NCBI GenBank assembly: GCA_030141605.1
Contig: JAQGDQ010000103.1
Location: forward strand, 124,001 to 188,000
Source of the DNA: Tubiluchus corallicola
Lineage: Eukaryota; Animalia; Priapulida
Direction: 5' to 3'
DNA length: 64,000 nt
A model generated the notes under the pieces. The model was not told where the DNA came from, ran no database searches, and worked only from the letters and a program-made list of their open reading frames with translations. How positions within the stretch are numbered: position 1 is the stretch's first letter; every line of letters starts with the position of its first letter. The position numbers and the translations under genes are program-made. Shown here piece after piece: positions 1 to 12,159 of the stretch.

Positions 1-348
1 CTGGGGGACTTCGTGACTTTCCGTAAGCGCGTGCTGCTTAAACTGATTCAAACTTCTACGCCTCACGTAATGTTCACGGAAGAATATCACGAATCTGGCT
101 ATTTAATTTTTTGTAAAAACTTATACTTTTGATGGAAACCGACGGTGTGCTGCTTTTCTTCAGTCGATGAAACTCGTCTTTGGTGGAAAAATGGGCGTTC
201 AAAATGGGAGCGCCTAGGCGTGAAATGAACGGGACTTTAATGTGAATTACATGAAGCAATTTTCACACTTTCATTACTAAATTCTTCTTCTAACATTTTT
301 CGCGAACAGTAAAATAGCACTAACTTCCCCGAAGGCTTGCCTTTTTCT
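1..348 (-). mobile_element. Family B non-autonomous element (TTAA-flanked, Kolobok-like), cut by the window start
   Basis: Reverse complement of the 45395 and 52487 copies. Ends GCCTTTTTCT|TTAA. Confidence 0.7.
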
Positions 349-1204
349 TTAAACGTTCACAACAGGTTAATTCACGCTAATTATGTTCTGCAATTACATA
401 AAAAACTTTACGTAGCATATTTTGCTTTTATTTTCCTTGACAGATACGTGTCGACTCAAACTTCAATTTTCTTAACGTTAGTGACTTTTAGGGCATTGAC
501 ACACATCCAACTAGGGTTGGACAAACCTACAATTTTAGGTAGTTTTAACTTCACCACTGGATACCTATTCTCATTTTAAATATTCTAGTAGTTTTTGCAG
601 CAAATCGTAAAGATACACGTTTGTGACATGACATCAACTGAAAATGTATTTCTTTATTCAGCGATTCCAGTCGATTACAACCTGCGAATGCAGGTTAACT
701 ATATTATTAAAGAATGCAAAAGTGGAAAACTATCTAATAGGGAAGTGAGTGTCAGTCCGTGCTTACTATCTGAGAGTAATTCGCAGTAACTTTTGCTCTC
801 TAGTCTAAACACGCTTGCGTGTTACTTGACAAGTTGCTTGCCGGGTTACGTGGCGAGAAAACCCGCTAGTCTGAAGACGCCATAACAATCATTAATGCGA
901 TTTTTAAAATTAGTTTGGAGTTTTCATTAATTTCTTCTGAAGAAAATTTGTGTAATGAGTTCCTGGAAATTTTCGAGTCAATTAGTGTTATGATGAAGCT
1001 GTATTAATTGTGATTAAGTCAATAATGTCGTTAATTATCAGCTTTGCTCTTATCATAGATGATACTCTCGTTGGTGTTGCACTGAACTTGATATTGGCAA
1101 CGGCGTTAGTGATAATAATTATGACGCTGTTGATGATACATGAGAGCCCCCGTGTTATGACTATGACAAGGATGACAATAACGACAACAATAAGCTTAGA
1201 GTAC

Positions 1205-3757
1205 AAAAAGAAAAGGCCCACAGAAATTATAAATTAAGCAGGACGAACGCTTCGTGGCAGTCCTATACTGCTATTAGAAATAAGTACAACAATGCTGTTA
1301 AAAAAGCCAAACGTGACTATTGAGACAAACTGAACGAGAAGCTATTAACTCCTGATACATGCCCTAAAGTCTGGTGGGAAATTACTAAAAGTTTTTACAA
1401 AAATACGTGTGACTATTTTATTTCTCCCATTATAGATGAAGCTGGTGCTGTCACAAGTGATGCTATTTCCAAGTGCAATGCACTTAACAATTACTTTGCC
1501 CAGCAGTGCCGTTTGAATACTTCAAATGCTTCATTACCCAGATTCGTATCGAAGATTGATACATACATGTCTCACATTACTCGAAGAACTCGAAGATTCT
1601 GTACTCGAAGATTTAGTGAAAACACTATTAAGTAACGTCAATATCTATAGGCCCTGATGGAATAAGCAACAAAGTACTTAAACTTTGTGCAAATTCATTA
1701 TCAAGCCCATTAACCCAATTGTTTACCTTCTCATTACAGTCAGGTCATTTTCCTAGCTTATGGAAAGTTGCAAATGTCTGCCCCGTACACAAAGGCGGAG
1801 ATAGACAGCTTGTTTCGAATTACAGACCCGTGGCGCTACTTTCATGTATGTCTAGGATTCTAGAACGCGTTGTCCTTAATCAGATGTATAACTACTTTGC
1901 TATTGATAATAACTTTTTGACGGAAAAGAACTCGAGGTTCAAATCAAACGATAGCACCATCAAAGAGCTAGTTTTAATCGTTCACAATTTGTATACAAGT
2001 TTAGACGACGGTGCTGAAATCTGTAGCGTTTTTCTGGACATCAGTAAAGCTTTTGATAAGGTGTGGCATGTAGGCTTGATATTCAAATTAAAGCAGTATG
2101 GAGTAAGTGGCCAACTTCTGTCTTGGCTATCATCTTACCTTCGAAACCGATCACAAAGAGTAACGCTAAACGGTAGTACATCTGATGCGATGTCACTTTT
2201 ATCTAGCGTCCCCCAAGGTTCTATCTTAGGTCCCCTTCTATTTTAGTGTATGCTAATGATATTACAGAAGACATTCAATCTGATATTCGCCTTTTTGTAG
2301 ACGATACGGTTTTAGTAGATTCATTTAAGGATGATCCACATACATCAGCAAATCGCTTAAAGGCAGATCTCAGAAATAATTGAAAACTGGGCCAAACGTT
2401 GGTTGATTAAATTTAATCCAAATAAGACCGAAGTCATGCTTTTCTCGCGTAAATCCAATGCTCCTCAATATCGTACTCTGTATTTACTCCACTAATACTC
2501 CACTGAAAACAGTAAATGTTCACGAACACTTAGATATCCATCTTACATCTGATCTGAACTGGAACTTTCACTTCTCAAAAATGGTAGACAAAACAAATTT
2601 AAAGCTAAACAACTTTCGACGCATGTTAGTTAATATGCCCAGAGCTACGCGGGAACGATTATTCATTACGACTATTCTCCCTGCCGTCGAATATGGTAAC
2701 GTAGTATGTTCAGGATGCAGCGAAAACAGTATACGTCTATTAGAAAATATTCAGCTAACTGCTGCTAGAATCTGTCTGGCGCTATGATTCGATCTTCCCC
2801 TGCAAGTGTCTTGACTGATAGCGGCTTCACTAAATTAGTGACGCGCTTCCATTATCATCGCCTATGTCTTTTTTCAATATAATCAATGACTTAGCGCCCC
2901 ACTATTTAAGTGCAATTCTGACGCCAAAGGTAAACGAAGTTACCCCCTGTTATGTACGTAGCGGTACTAAATACAGAAATTTTAATTGCCGTTCTGTTAG
3001 CTGTGAAAAATCGTTTTTCATATCCACCATTAACATGTGTAACAACCACAGAACATTCGTGAAATTACACCCATTTCACACTTCAAACAAGAGCTCAAAT
3101 CTCATTTCAAGTTTTTCGTTGCGTAAGAAACATTTTTCATTTGGTAAACCTCCAATTTCAGTGCATCATACGCGCATGAAAATCGGCTTTTCTCAGCTAA
3201 ACTATGACCTTTTCTCTAAAGGCTGTAAAGATAATAATGGTCATCCATTATTGCCGAATTGTAACTGTGGATTTCGATTTGAGTCTGTTGAACACTTTTT
3301 GTTGCACTGCCCATTGTATCAACAAACTAGGGTTGTTATGTTTGATCAATTAAATGAAATACGTCTGCCCGAAAACCTTAATATAGCTGCCTTAGGAACT
3401 AATGATCTGTTGAAGTTGTTATTGTTCGGAAAAGATGAATTTAACTATGTTGCTAACTGTAAAATATTCCAATGCATACATGACTTCATATTACGTACTA
3501 AACGCTTCCAGTAGTTTCTATCTGATATGAAATGCATCGGTCTTAAAAATTCGTACATTAATATTCTCTAACCGTCGTTTTCGACTAATGTCGAATGTAA
3601 TCTTGTAGTAAAACTCGTCAGCTTGTGTAGTTATACTCTATTCTTACTGTAAATGTTTTTGTAAATAGTGTATAAAAGTCTGATGTGTTGAGGATCCTAA
3701 ATCATGTTGTTCAAACAGTCTGATCCAATCCTATAACAAATTATGTTTAAACTAATA
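1205..3757 (+). mobile_element. 5'-truncated, frameshifted CR1/L2-clade LINE (ORF2 reverse transcriptase, C-terminal region and 3' UTR)
   Basis: WKVANVCPVHKGG, NYRPVALLS, VFLDISKAFDKVWH, VPQGSILGPLLF, then after a frameshift DIRLFVDDTV (YADD-equivalent), and C-terminal C-x-C...ESVEHFLLHCPLY. Several stops and frameshifts. Followed by a (GAC)n tract. Confidence 0.93.
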
Positions 3758-3795
<38 letters not shown>

Positions 3796-4012
3796 GGTTG
3801 ATGATGATGACGATGATGTGTATAATGATGATGGGAATAGCCTTCATATAGTGATGTCAAGGGTGGTTTCAGTGACAGTCATTGAAGATTGGATAAAGCT
3901 ATTTTTCTCGACTTGATAATGATTACGAAAAAAACTGATAAATAATTGATTACTAATTAATTCATTGAAAACTGTACAAGTGTAAATGCTAATACCAATT
4001 AAAAAGCACGGT

Positions 4013-4307
4013 AATAAGCCTTTTCACAGTTTCGTTTGTGTGGTCAAAGGTTAAGCGTACCACAGCTATACTTAATTATGCATTAGTCTGTGAGTTGAGT
4101 GATTTACTAGCAGAATCTGGCTTGGGAGCAAGAAAAATAAACTAGGAGACAAATGTGCAAGGGTCTAGCTAGCTGTTAATACTGTTACTATTACAATAGC
4201 ATCGGCTGCGAGGCGTTGTCAAGTGTACACAAATGCCTTGTTTTGTACACTTAACCTTTGAGCTTTTACGATCACCATCGATAGCTGGAACTGTGAAAAG
4301 GCTTATT
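4013..4307 (+). mobile_element. MITE family A copy (TIR AATAAGCCTTTTCACAGTT), internally deleted
   Basis: 19-bp terminal inverted repeats. Internal sequence shared with ten other copies in the window. Confidence 0.85.
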
Positions 4308-4902
4308 AAAAAAACAGAAATAATTTGCAACAAACAATACAATAATTCGAAACAAACAAATACTAAATAAACATTCGAAACAAAATGGCGCCAATCACTC
4401 AGTAGCAGCAGCAAAAGAGCGATTAATTTATTTCGTAAATCCCAAGACGTCTGCTTTAAAAAAGATTACTCAGTGTAAATCAGACTGATTAGATTTGATT
4501 GTGATTGTAGATAAGATTTATACAGAGTGTTATTACTCTGACTTTGGAAGGCCCATTTGAAGTGGCTCGCATGTAAGCTACTTACGTAATTTGCTAATTA
4601 TAGAGCCTCGTCACTTGTCCAAATAAGGCGAAAGACTCTAACACGTCTGATAATTGACAGTAAAAGATGTTAATGACATGCAGAACAAACAGAGAAATTC
4701 TAGTTACGCTTTAATAACACTATAATAATTATCTGCAGTCATTAAAGCAGTTGAAGGCTATTAATTTAATCAATGGCTTGATTTGCGCGATCCAGTCGCA
4801 ATCATCCAATAACACACATTTGCATGAAATTTGCATTTTTTGCAAATGGTGTTAAAAGCTGTGGAGAAAAACGTAAATCAAATCAGTTAAAAAATATCCA
4901 TT

Positions 4903-5097
4903 TCGGCTAAAGTTTACAATTCCCCCATAAATAAGATAAGATATTAGTTCGTGAATTCGTGAAGCGGATTAGGATTAGGATTAGCGTTGGGTTAGGGATA
5001 GGATTAGAGTAAAGGTTAGGGATGGGTTAAGGTTAGAGTTGGGTTAAGGATGAGGTTAAGGTATTTAAGCTGCGTGGAGAATTGTAAACTCCTTCCC
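4903..5097 (+). mobile_element. Family D short element with a degenerate (TTAGGG)n core between GTTTACAATTC / GAATTGTAAAC inverted repeats
   Basis: Same architecture at 21247-21393 (-), 22264-22522 (+), 44452-44600 (+) and partially at 50826-50900. Confidence 0.8.
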
Positions 5098-6399
5098 CAA
5101 TTTCACAGAATGTGTTAGTGAAAGAGGAGAAAAAGTACAAGATAAAGAAAAAAGGAGAAAAAGCAGAAGAGAAAAATAAGGAAATGAAGATGATAACAAA
5201 CTGGTGACAATGATTGTGATGAAGAAGTGAAAGAATGAAAAACGTTTCTGGCTTTTTCTTGAAACTATCACGTAACTCCTGAGTCATGTCAACTATGATC
5301 AGTGATTGATCGCCGGTTGTTTTGCGATATTTGTCCCTAGAATACAAAAAAACCCAGAAAAATTAGTTTTATTTTTCACCACCGATTTAAATATTGCAAA
5401 GCGCACCCTTGGGAAATTTTAGTTAGCAAATGATCAGAAAAATCCAAAGAGGAATTTTAAGAGACACAAACATCAAAGATGGTGACAGATATTGAACAGA
5501 CATGGTTTGGGCTTTTGAAAGATATTTCTTCCTAGCGAAAACATGTAATTTGGCAAAGTATATGAGAGTTGAAGAAGTTATAACAGCCGAAAATAAATTT
5601 CATTCAAAAACCGTGAAATTGCATCCAATGCTAAAATTTCGTGGCGCCGAAATCACGGCACAGTTCGTTTGTGATGTCATCAATAGTTGGACTCGCCTGC
5701 CGTTAATTAAGATTATATTATTTAATTATCAAAAACGATTTTGCAGTATTATTGGTGTTAAAATGTGTACTTTTTAACCTATTTGAAAATGTGGCAGTAT
5801 GTGAAAAAACATCCTGTCTTTCTTTAATGTCTTTTCTAAAGTAGAGCTTGGCCTGGACACATCATGATGAAGCTGCTGCCTGATGTCACAGTGATATAAC
5901 ATAGTGACGTATCACACTGTGAGATTTGTGTAAACTAACTGTCAGAGTGCTGTTAGCTCACGCTTTGGCTGGGAAAATTTGCAAAATATTTTCTTTCTAG
6001 CCTTACGGTCATGTGTTTTGGGAACTGTAAGATTACTGTCTGCATCACAGTACCGCAGATGTAATGTCACAACGTGAGCAAGAGGGGAGCTCTTCTACAA
6101 CTTCAAACAGACTGTTAATGCATCTGAGGCCGCAAATGATGATTCGTAGACAAATTTTTTAGTTTGTGTTGATAAACGGCGCATAAACAGTATCGTTACA
6201 CTGTGTTCGACAAGATCTATAACTGGCTTTTGGAAAAATTTAAATAACCCCATGCAACTTTTACCGATATTTTTGGCAATTTAAGATAAGCAAGAAAAGC
6301 AAACGTCTTATGATTAGTGTTTTTCAAGCCATTTAAAGAGTACTTAGACATGGTCATTATATTGCTATGAAGCATATCTTTTTAAATTCGGTTGACAGA

Positions 6400-6970
6400 T
6401 AAATTATAAAGAGTTTTTGGCGTAGACATGAAACTCGTTACATTGGCTTTGTGGTATAGTGCATAAAATTTTTGAAGATTTCTTCACTTTTATACTCAAA
6501 CAACCACACATTTGCGAGGACATAACTATAAACTGTTTATAAATTATTCTAGGTTGTACTATAAGTATGCCTTTTCAAACAGAAATTGTAGTATATGGAA
6601 TGACCTAAGTTATGATATTGTCAATTCACACAGACTGTCAGTTTTTAGTAGGAAGCTAGCCGAAACTTGTTTGTTAAAATATTTGTTAGAAATTTAATAG
6701 ATTTCTATAAAACATTATTACCATAGTTCAATGATCTCTTCCAATTTTTAATAAATTTACACTTTGCATATATTTTATTGATTTTTTTATTTTATCGTAT
6801 TTTTTATATAAGTAATTTAAATTTTATCCACTGTAAACTGATGTGTTTTAATTTTGCCACTTAATAATACAGTCTGGTCTTAAGAACTAACATAGCCTGC
6901 TAGTCCCATCTTTTATAAAATAATGTATATTTTATAAACGTTCTAAATAAATAATAAATAATAATAATAA
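6400..6970 (+). mobile_element. 3' fragment of a CR1-like LINE with (AAT)n tail
   Basis: LRGHNYKL...FSNR..IWNDL is the typical CR1 ORF2 C-terminus. Ends in AATAAATAATAAATAATAATAAT. Confidence 0.75.
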
Positions 6971-6974
6971 AATG

Positions 6975-7478
6975 TAAAGAGGAACCATCCAATCAATAAA
7001 AGAAAGTGCAAATTAAATAAAACGAAATCACTTTAGTGTCGCGTTCATTTCATGCTTGAGCGCTCCGATTTTGAATGCCTATTCGTCCACCAATGACGTC
7101 ATTCATCGACTGAAGATAAATAACGTTAGTTCCTGTCAAAAGTATAATAAGTTTTTACCAAAAATATCGGACTGCTAATTTTGTGATATTTTTGCTTGAA
7201 CACTAGCTAAACTGCAGAAGTTTGAATTAGTTAAGCACCACGCACTTACGGAAAGCAGCGATGTGCTTACGAAAAATCACGTGCCCCACCCATTACGTCA
7301 TGATTTTCAAGTGCATGGCGGCTATCTGCGCGCCTGAAAATTTCTATTCTGCGATAGAATAAATTAACTTCATCTTTCTAGACAGTTTTTCGAAAATTTC
7401 GTTGTGATTTTGTTCTACGTTTAAGTGATAACAGTAAAATAAACCCAACATACTAAGTGACTTGTCCTTTCCTTGAAA
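6975..7478 (+). mobile_element. Family B element copy
   Basis: Shared core (CAATGACGTCATTC, AAACTGCAGAAGTTTGAATTAGTT, GTGACTTGTCCTTTCCT). Confidence 0.75.
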
Positions 7479-8149
7479 GTTGCCACCTCACTCTCATTTT
7501 CAATGCTAGTCAAAAGAATTGGAAATTTAGCTTACCTGTTTAGTTTTATTTTCTCCGGTAGATGACGCACTCGCTGCTGTGACATCAGCTGCAGCAGCTG
7601 CTTCATAAAGCTAGGATATTACTTCCCCTACTCTGACAACAGGAAGCCAGCTGGAAAATAAACATTTATAATAAACGTTAGTTTTTCCGAATGGCTTTTC
7701 AAAGCCACTAGGGGAACGTAGTAATAACTGTTATTGCAGTGGAGTATTAGTCGTACAGTGACTGCTATAAATCACGGATTTCATGTAGGTTGTACGGGAT
7801 GGTCAGTGAAAATGATCCCGAATGCTGAACTAATCTTAATTTTAACACTGTTGCTGTTTGTTAACTTAGCTGCTTACATTAGCTAGTTTTTTCTATCTAT
7901 GTTTAAATATAAGCAAGGAATTTAATATCGCAAAACAAAAAATTCTAATTTAAAAATTGTTATAGATAATCTTCTTTTCGTGATAGAGGGAGCAACTTTT
8001 TGTACACGTATCACATGACACAGGAAAGCAATTTTTAGAATAGGATAAAAGCTCAGCTATTGTACTTCACTTTTTTTCATTTAGAATGAATAGATTATAT
8101 CTTCTCAATCGAGTATCGACCATTGATTGCATTACATCAATTTCTGGTC

Positions 8150-8201
8150 ATTAGCAGAGATTAATTAATAAGTTTATATTTCTCCCAAACTTTGCGCATG
8201 C

Positions 8202-8277
<76 letters not shown>

Positions 8278-9527
8278 CTATAATATATATATGAATCTTT
8301 GTTGCAAAAATTATACGCTAGTACAGAGTAAAACAAATCACATCATACATAAAATCAGTGTATAACCAGTCAGTGACAGACTGATGTGTGTAATTGTGTC
8401 AGTTAGTCTAAGTTAAAAATTATAAGAATAAAAACATTAAAGTACTGCATTACATATCTACAAAGGTGTCTAAATGATAACATGATGGTGGCTTATGAAA
8501 TATGGTGAATTTTAATACTTTTTGATAATTTTTGCTACTTTTTTGCCATGTAAGTTTCCGTACGAGTCGTATATTTTTATAGTATAGACACTTATATTAT
8601 GATAAATTTATGAGTCTAGAGCGTTATGCGTTCTACTTTATCGTTTTATATACGGGTCTTTTGTGAGTTAGCTGCTTTTTTAGTTCTGTTCTAAATGTTG
8701 TTAAACCGTCTTTTGATTTTATACTTAAGGATGCTGAATTCCGTAAGTTAATTGCTGTTTTGCTCACTGAATTATGGCCATATGTGTTTTTTGTAAGTAA
8801 CTATTTTAGATAGTTTTTCGTTTATCGTTTTTATGTTTATCGGGCATAAATAATAAACCATTTTCTTTGAAAGCAAGAATTATATCATTTATATATTTAA
8901 ATAAAATATTAAGGCATGGTAATGAATGTTTGATTCTATAGTGGGTATTCTTAATTTTTCTCTATTTGTAGTGGCTGAGTATATATGGTGTTTATTTCTT
9001 TTTTAGAAAAGTGGCCTAGTACATGTTTGAGTTATGCCTAGCCTATCTGTTTGGGTTTTAGAAATGTTTGCAAGTAGATGGCAGCCATAAGTCAAATGAG
9101 ACATTATTAATGTTTCGCATATTAGTAGTTTTGTATAGACAGTAAGCTGGCCTTTTATTTGTTTAAAGAATGCTATACTTTGGCCCATTTTGCGAATTAT
9201 ATTGCTGATGTGGTCTTCCCAATTAAGCCTGTTGTTCACTTCCGTTCCTAAGAATTTTGTAGTGCTCGATTGAGGTATGGTTTCGTTGGATATTTTTAGT
9301 TTCATGGTTTTTGGTGTTTGATATTACTGCTGTTAGTGGGTGTTAGTAGCATGAAAATAGTTTTCTCGAGGTTCATTTGTAGGTGATGATAAACAAAATG
9401 TATTTTATTTCTTGTATTTCCTTTTGCAGGTTTTTATAGCTATTTCTGGGCGTCTGTTATTGTAGAGATACTAATGTCTTCTGCATATTGCGTAACGTGG
9501 CAGTTGTTTTGTATTGCTTTTGGGATG

Positions 9528-9565
<38 letters not shown>

Positions 9566-10050
9566 CATATATATATAATGAATAACAAAGGACCGAGAGT
9601 AGTGCCTTGAGGGACTCCGTTTTTAACTTTTCCCTATTCTGAATATGTTATACTGTGACTGTTTAGCTTTATTCTTTGTTTTGATTTGATAGGTAATCGT
9701 TTATGAAGTTAATCGAGCAGTCATCAAATCCTATTGTATTGAGTCTTTTGCATAAGATGGCATGATACAAGCTGTCAAAAATTTTGCTTAAATTTAGAGA
9801 CCCAGCAGCAATAAATTCATTATGATTTTAGAAGTATCTCCAGTTTTTTGTGACATAGATAAGGACATCTACTGTGCTATATTTTTTCTATATCTAAACT
9901 GACTTTTATTTAATATGCTATTTTCATCGAGCAATCTGTAAATTTGTTTGAAAATACTGCTTCTAAAATTTTTGAGAAAACATGTACAATTGAAATTGGC
10001 CGTTAATTTTTTCGATCTTGTGGATTTCCTTTTTTGGTTTAGGTGTTTAG
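8150..10050 (-). mobile_element. Decayed CR1/L2-type LINE RT region
   Basis: Minus strand reads LNLSKIFDS, GVPQGTTLGPLLFIIY, QYAEDI (YADD-like) and KFLG...LNWEDHI. Interrupted by (TA)n expansions at about 9530-9577 and 8203-8272. Confidence 0.85.
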
Positions 10051-10160
10051 GCATGTGGAGTTTTGCTCAATAAAATAGTATAGCAAATCGAAATCAAGGT
10101 AGCTCAGCCATCACACGCTTTTTGGATAATACGACTTACATTTTTAGAAGAGAGTGAAAA

Positions 10161-10359
10161 GACAGAGTGATCTGGGTAAACTGTTTAGATCAAAAGCCAG
10201 CCAGAGTGATCTGGATAAACTGTTTAGATCAAAAGCCAGACAGAGTGATCTACAGAATCTGTTTAGATCAAAAGCCAGACAGAGTGATCTACAGAAACTG
10301 CTTAGATCAAAAGCCAGCTAGAGTGACCTGGATAAACTGTTTGGATCAAAAGCCAGCCC
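10161..10359. repeat. 39-bp minisatellite, 5 copies
   Basis: CAGAGTGATCT.....A.CTGTTTAGATCAAAAGCCAG. Units start at 10163, 10202, 10241, 10280 and 10319. Confidence 0.95.
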
Positions 10360-10579
10360 GTCATTAATGACGCGAACTGTTCAGCTTCTTGAAAGACGCA
10401 AATTTAATTACAGTTTACATAGACTAGTAATCTCAAGGCGCAACTTAGCACAACCTGTCACATGTAACGCTGCATACCAATGTTTTCTATTTTCATTGAA
10501 GTGTGATATACTCGCGCTGTAATAACTAGAAAGTAGCATGAGAAACACAAGTTTACCATTATTTTCATGAAAGCTTTAA

Positions 10580-11345
10580 AAGAAAGGCCACGCCTTCTAG
10601 GAGGTTAGGTTTATTTTAATGCTCGCGAAAAATGTTTGAAGGATTTATTAATGAAACTTATTAATAAAACTAGTAAAATCACTTTGAAGTCGCAATTATT
10701 TCCTGCTTGGACGCTCCCATTTTTAATGTCCATTCTTCTTCCAATGACGTCATTAGTCTTGAAGAAAAGTAAGGCTCTGGCAATCCTCGTCAAATGTATA
10801 ATAAATTTTTACAAAAAATAGATAGCTAATTTCGTGATGCGAAAAAAGTCTGAAGGATTTATTAATGAAACTGCAATAAGCGACTTGGTAACTAGTAAAA
10901 TCACCTTAAAGTGGCGATTATTTCCTGCTTGGGCCCTCCAAATGTCCGTTCAATGTCCGTTCTTCTTCCAATGACGTTACTCCTCTTGAATAAAAGTAAC
11001 GCACTGGCAATCTTCGTCAAAAGTTTAAGTTTTTACAAAAAACAGATTAATTACGCGATATTTTTGCGTGAACATTAGATAAGCTGCAGAAGTTTGAATT
11101 AGTTTAAGCAGCGCGTTTACGGAAAACCACGATGCGTTTACGAAAAGTTACCAAGTCTCCCAGTTACGTCATGATTTTCACGTGAATGGTGGCAACCACC
11201 ACACCTGAAAATTTCTTTTTCGAGGCAACATATTTTAAATTTATGTTTTACAGGCAGTTTTTTGCAAATTTCTTCCTTATATTTTTCGAAGTTTAAGTGA
11301 TAACACTAAAATAAAGTCAACATACTTAGTGACTTGTTCTTTGCT
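10580..11345 (+). mobile_element. Family B element with an internal tandem duplication of about 215 bp
   Basis: TTAA at 10576-10579 and 11346-11349. The segment starting TGAAGGATTTATTAATGAAACT occurs at about 10637 and 10851. Confidence 0.8.
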
Positions 11346-11981
11346 TTAAAACAACCAGGCGACGCAAGAAATGTGCGCAAGTTTAGATCACAATATTATA
11401 AGAAAATAACAGAATACACTAAAAAGTGCAACAGACGCCTTTGTAAAAACATCAGAAATTTTAAACAGTTCTCTTGAACTTTTGCGAAAATGCAGAAGTT
11501 TTAAAGCAATGTATTTCTAAAAAATAAATACCTGGAAAAAACGTGTCATCATTTATAAAATTTACTGTACGCGCTCTAACATTTCTTTTATTACTCAGTC
11601 TATCGTTTTCAATGCACACTAGACGATTCTTTCAACAGCCGATACGGCTCTCACTTCTTTAAGGGTTATTTGGTCCCAGCACTGAACAGTTTTTGCCTTT
11701 AATTCCTCTGCATCGTGTAAATCGTGTAACTGTGTAGTCATTGCACACTTTCTCTTTAAGGGTATTCCAGATATCGTAATCTACGGGGATTAAGTCCCAT
11801 TTTTTTCTTGGCAACAAACCTTTATCAATGGTTAGTTTTCTCGAGAAAACACACTATTGCTCTTATTCGAATATATAATAATTTAAACTTTTACTTAGTC
11901 AGTGAAGTGTGTTCTTTCGAATGCACTGATTATTTTTTCAAATTTTACGCGATGTTATCTAAACTTGTTTCAAACGACTTA

Positions 11982-12096
11982 AGCTATGACTTCATGTGCG
12001 CGTAATGCGTAATGCGTAATGCGTATTTAGTCGATAGCCATCACGTTCGAGTGAATTCGTATCACGCATTACGGATTACGCATTACGCATTACGTA

Positions 12097-12159
<63 letters not shown>

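Noticed and set aside
1719-3514. Functional or domesticated reverse transcriptase (retron/DGR-like system)
   Set aside because: Typical CR1/L2 ORF2 with several stops and frameshifts and no endonuclease domain. No template or variable repeats.
10161-10359. Palindromic 39-bp repeats as a CRISPR array
   Set aside because: Units are directly tandem with no unique spacers, there are no cas genes, and the context is eukaryotic.
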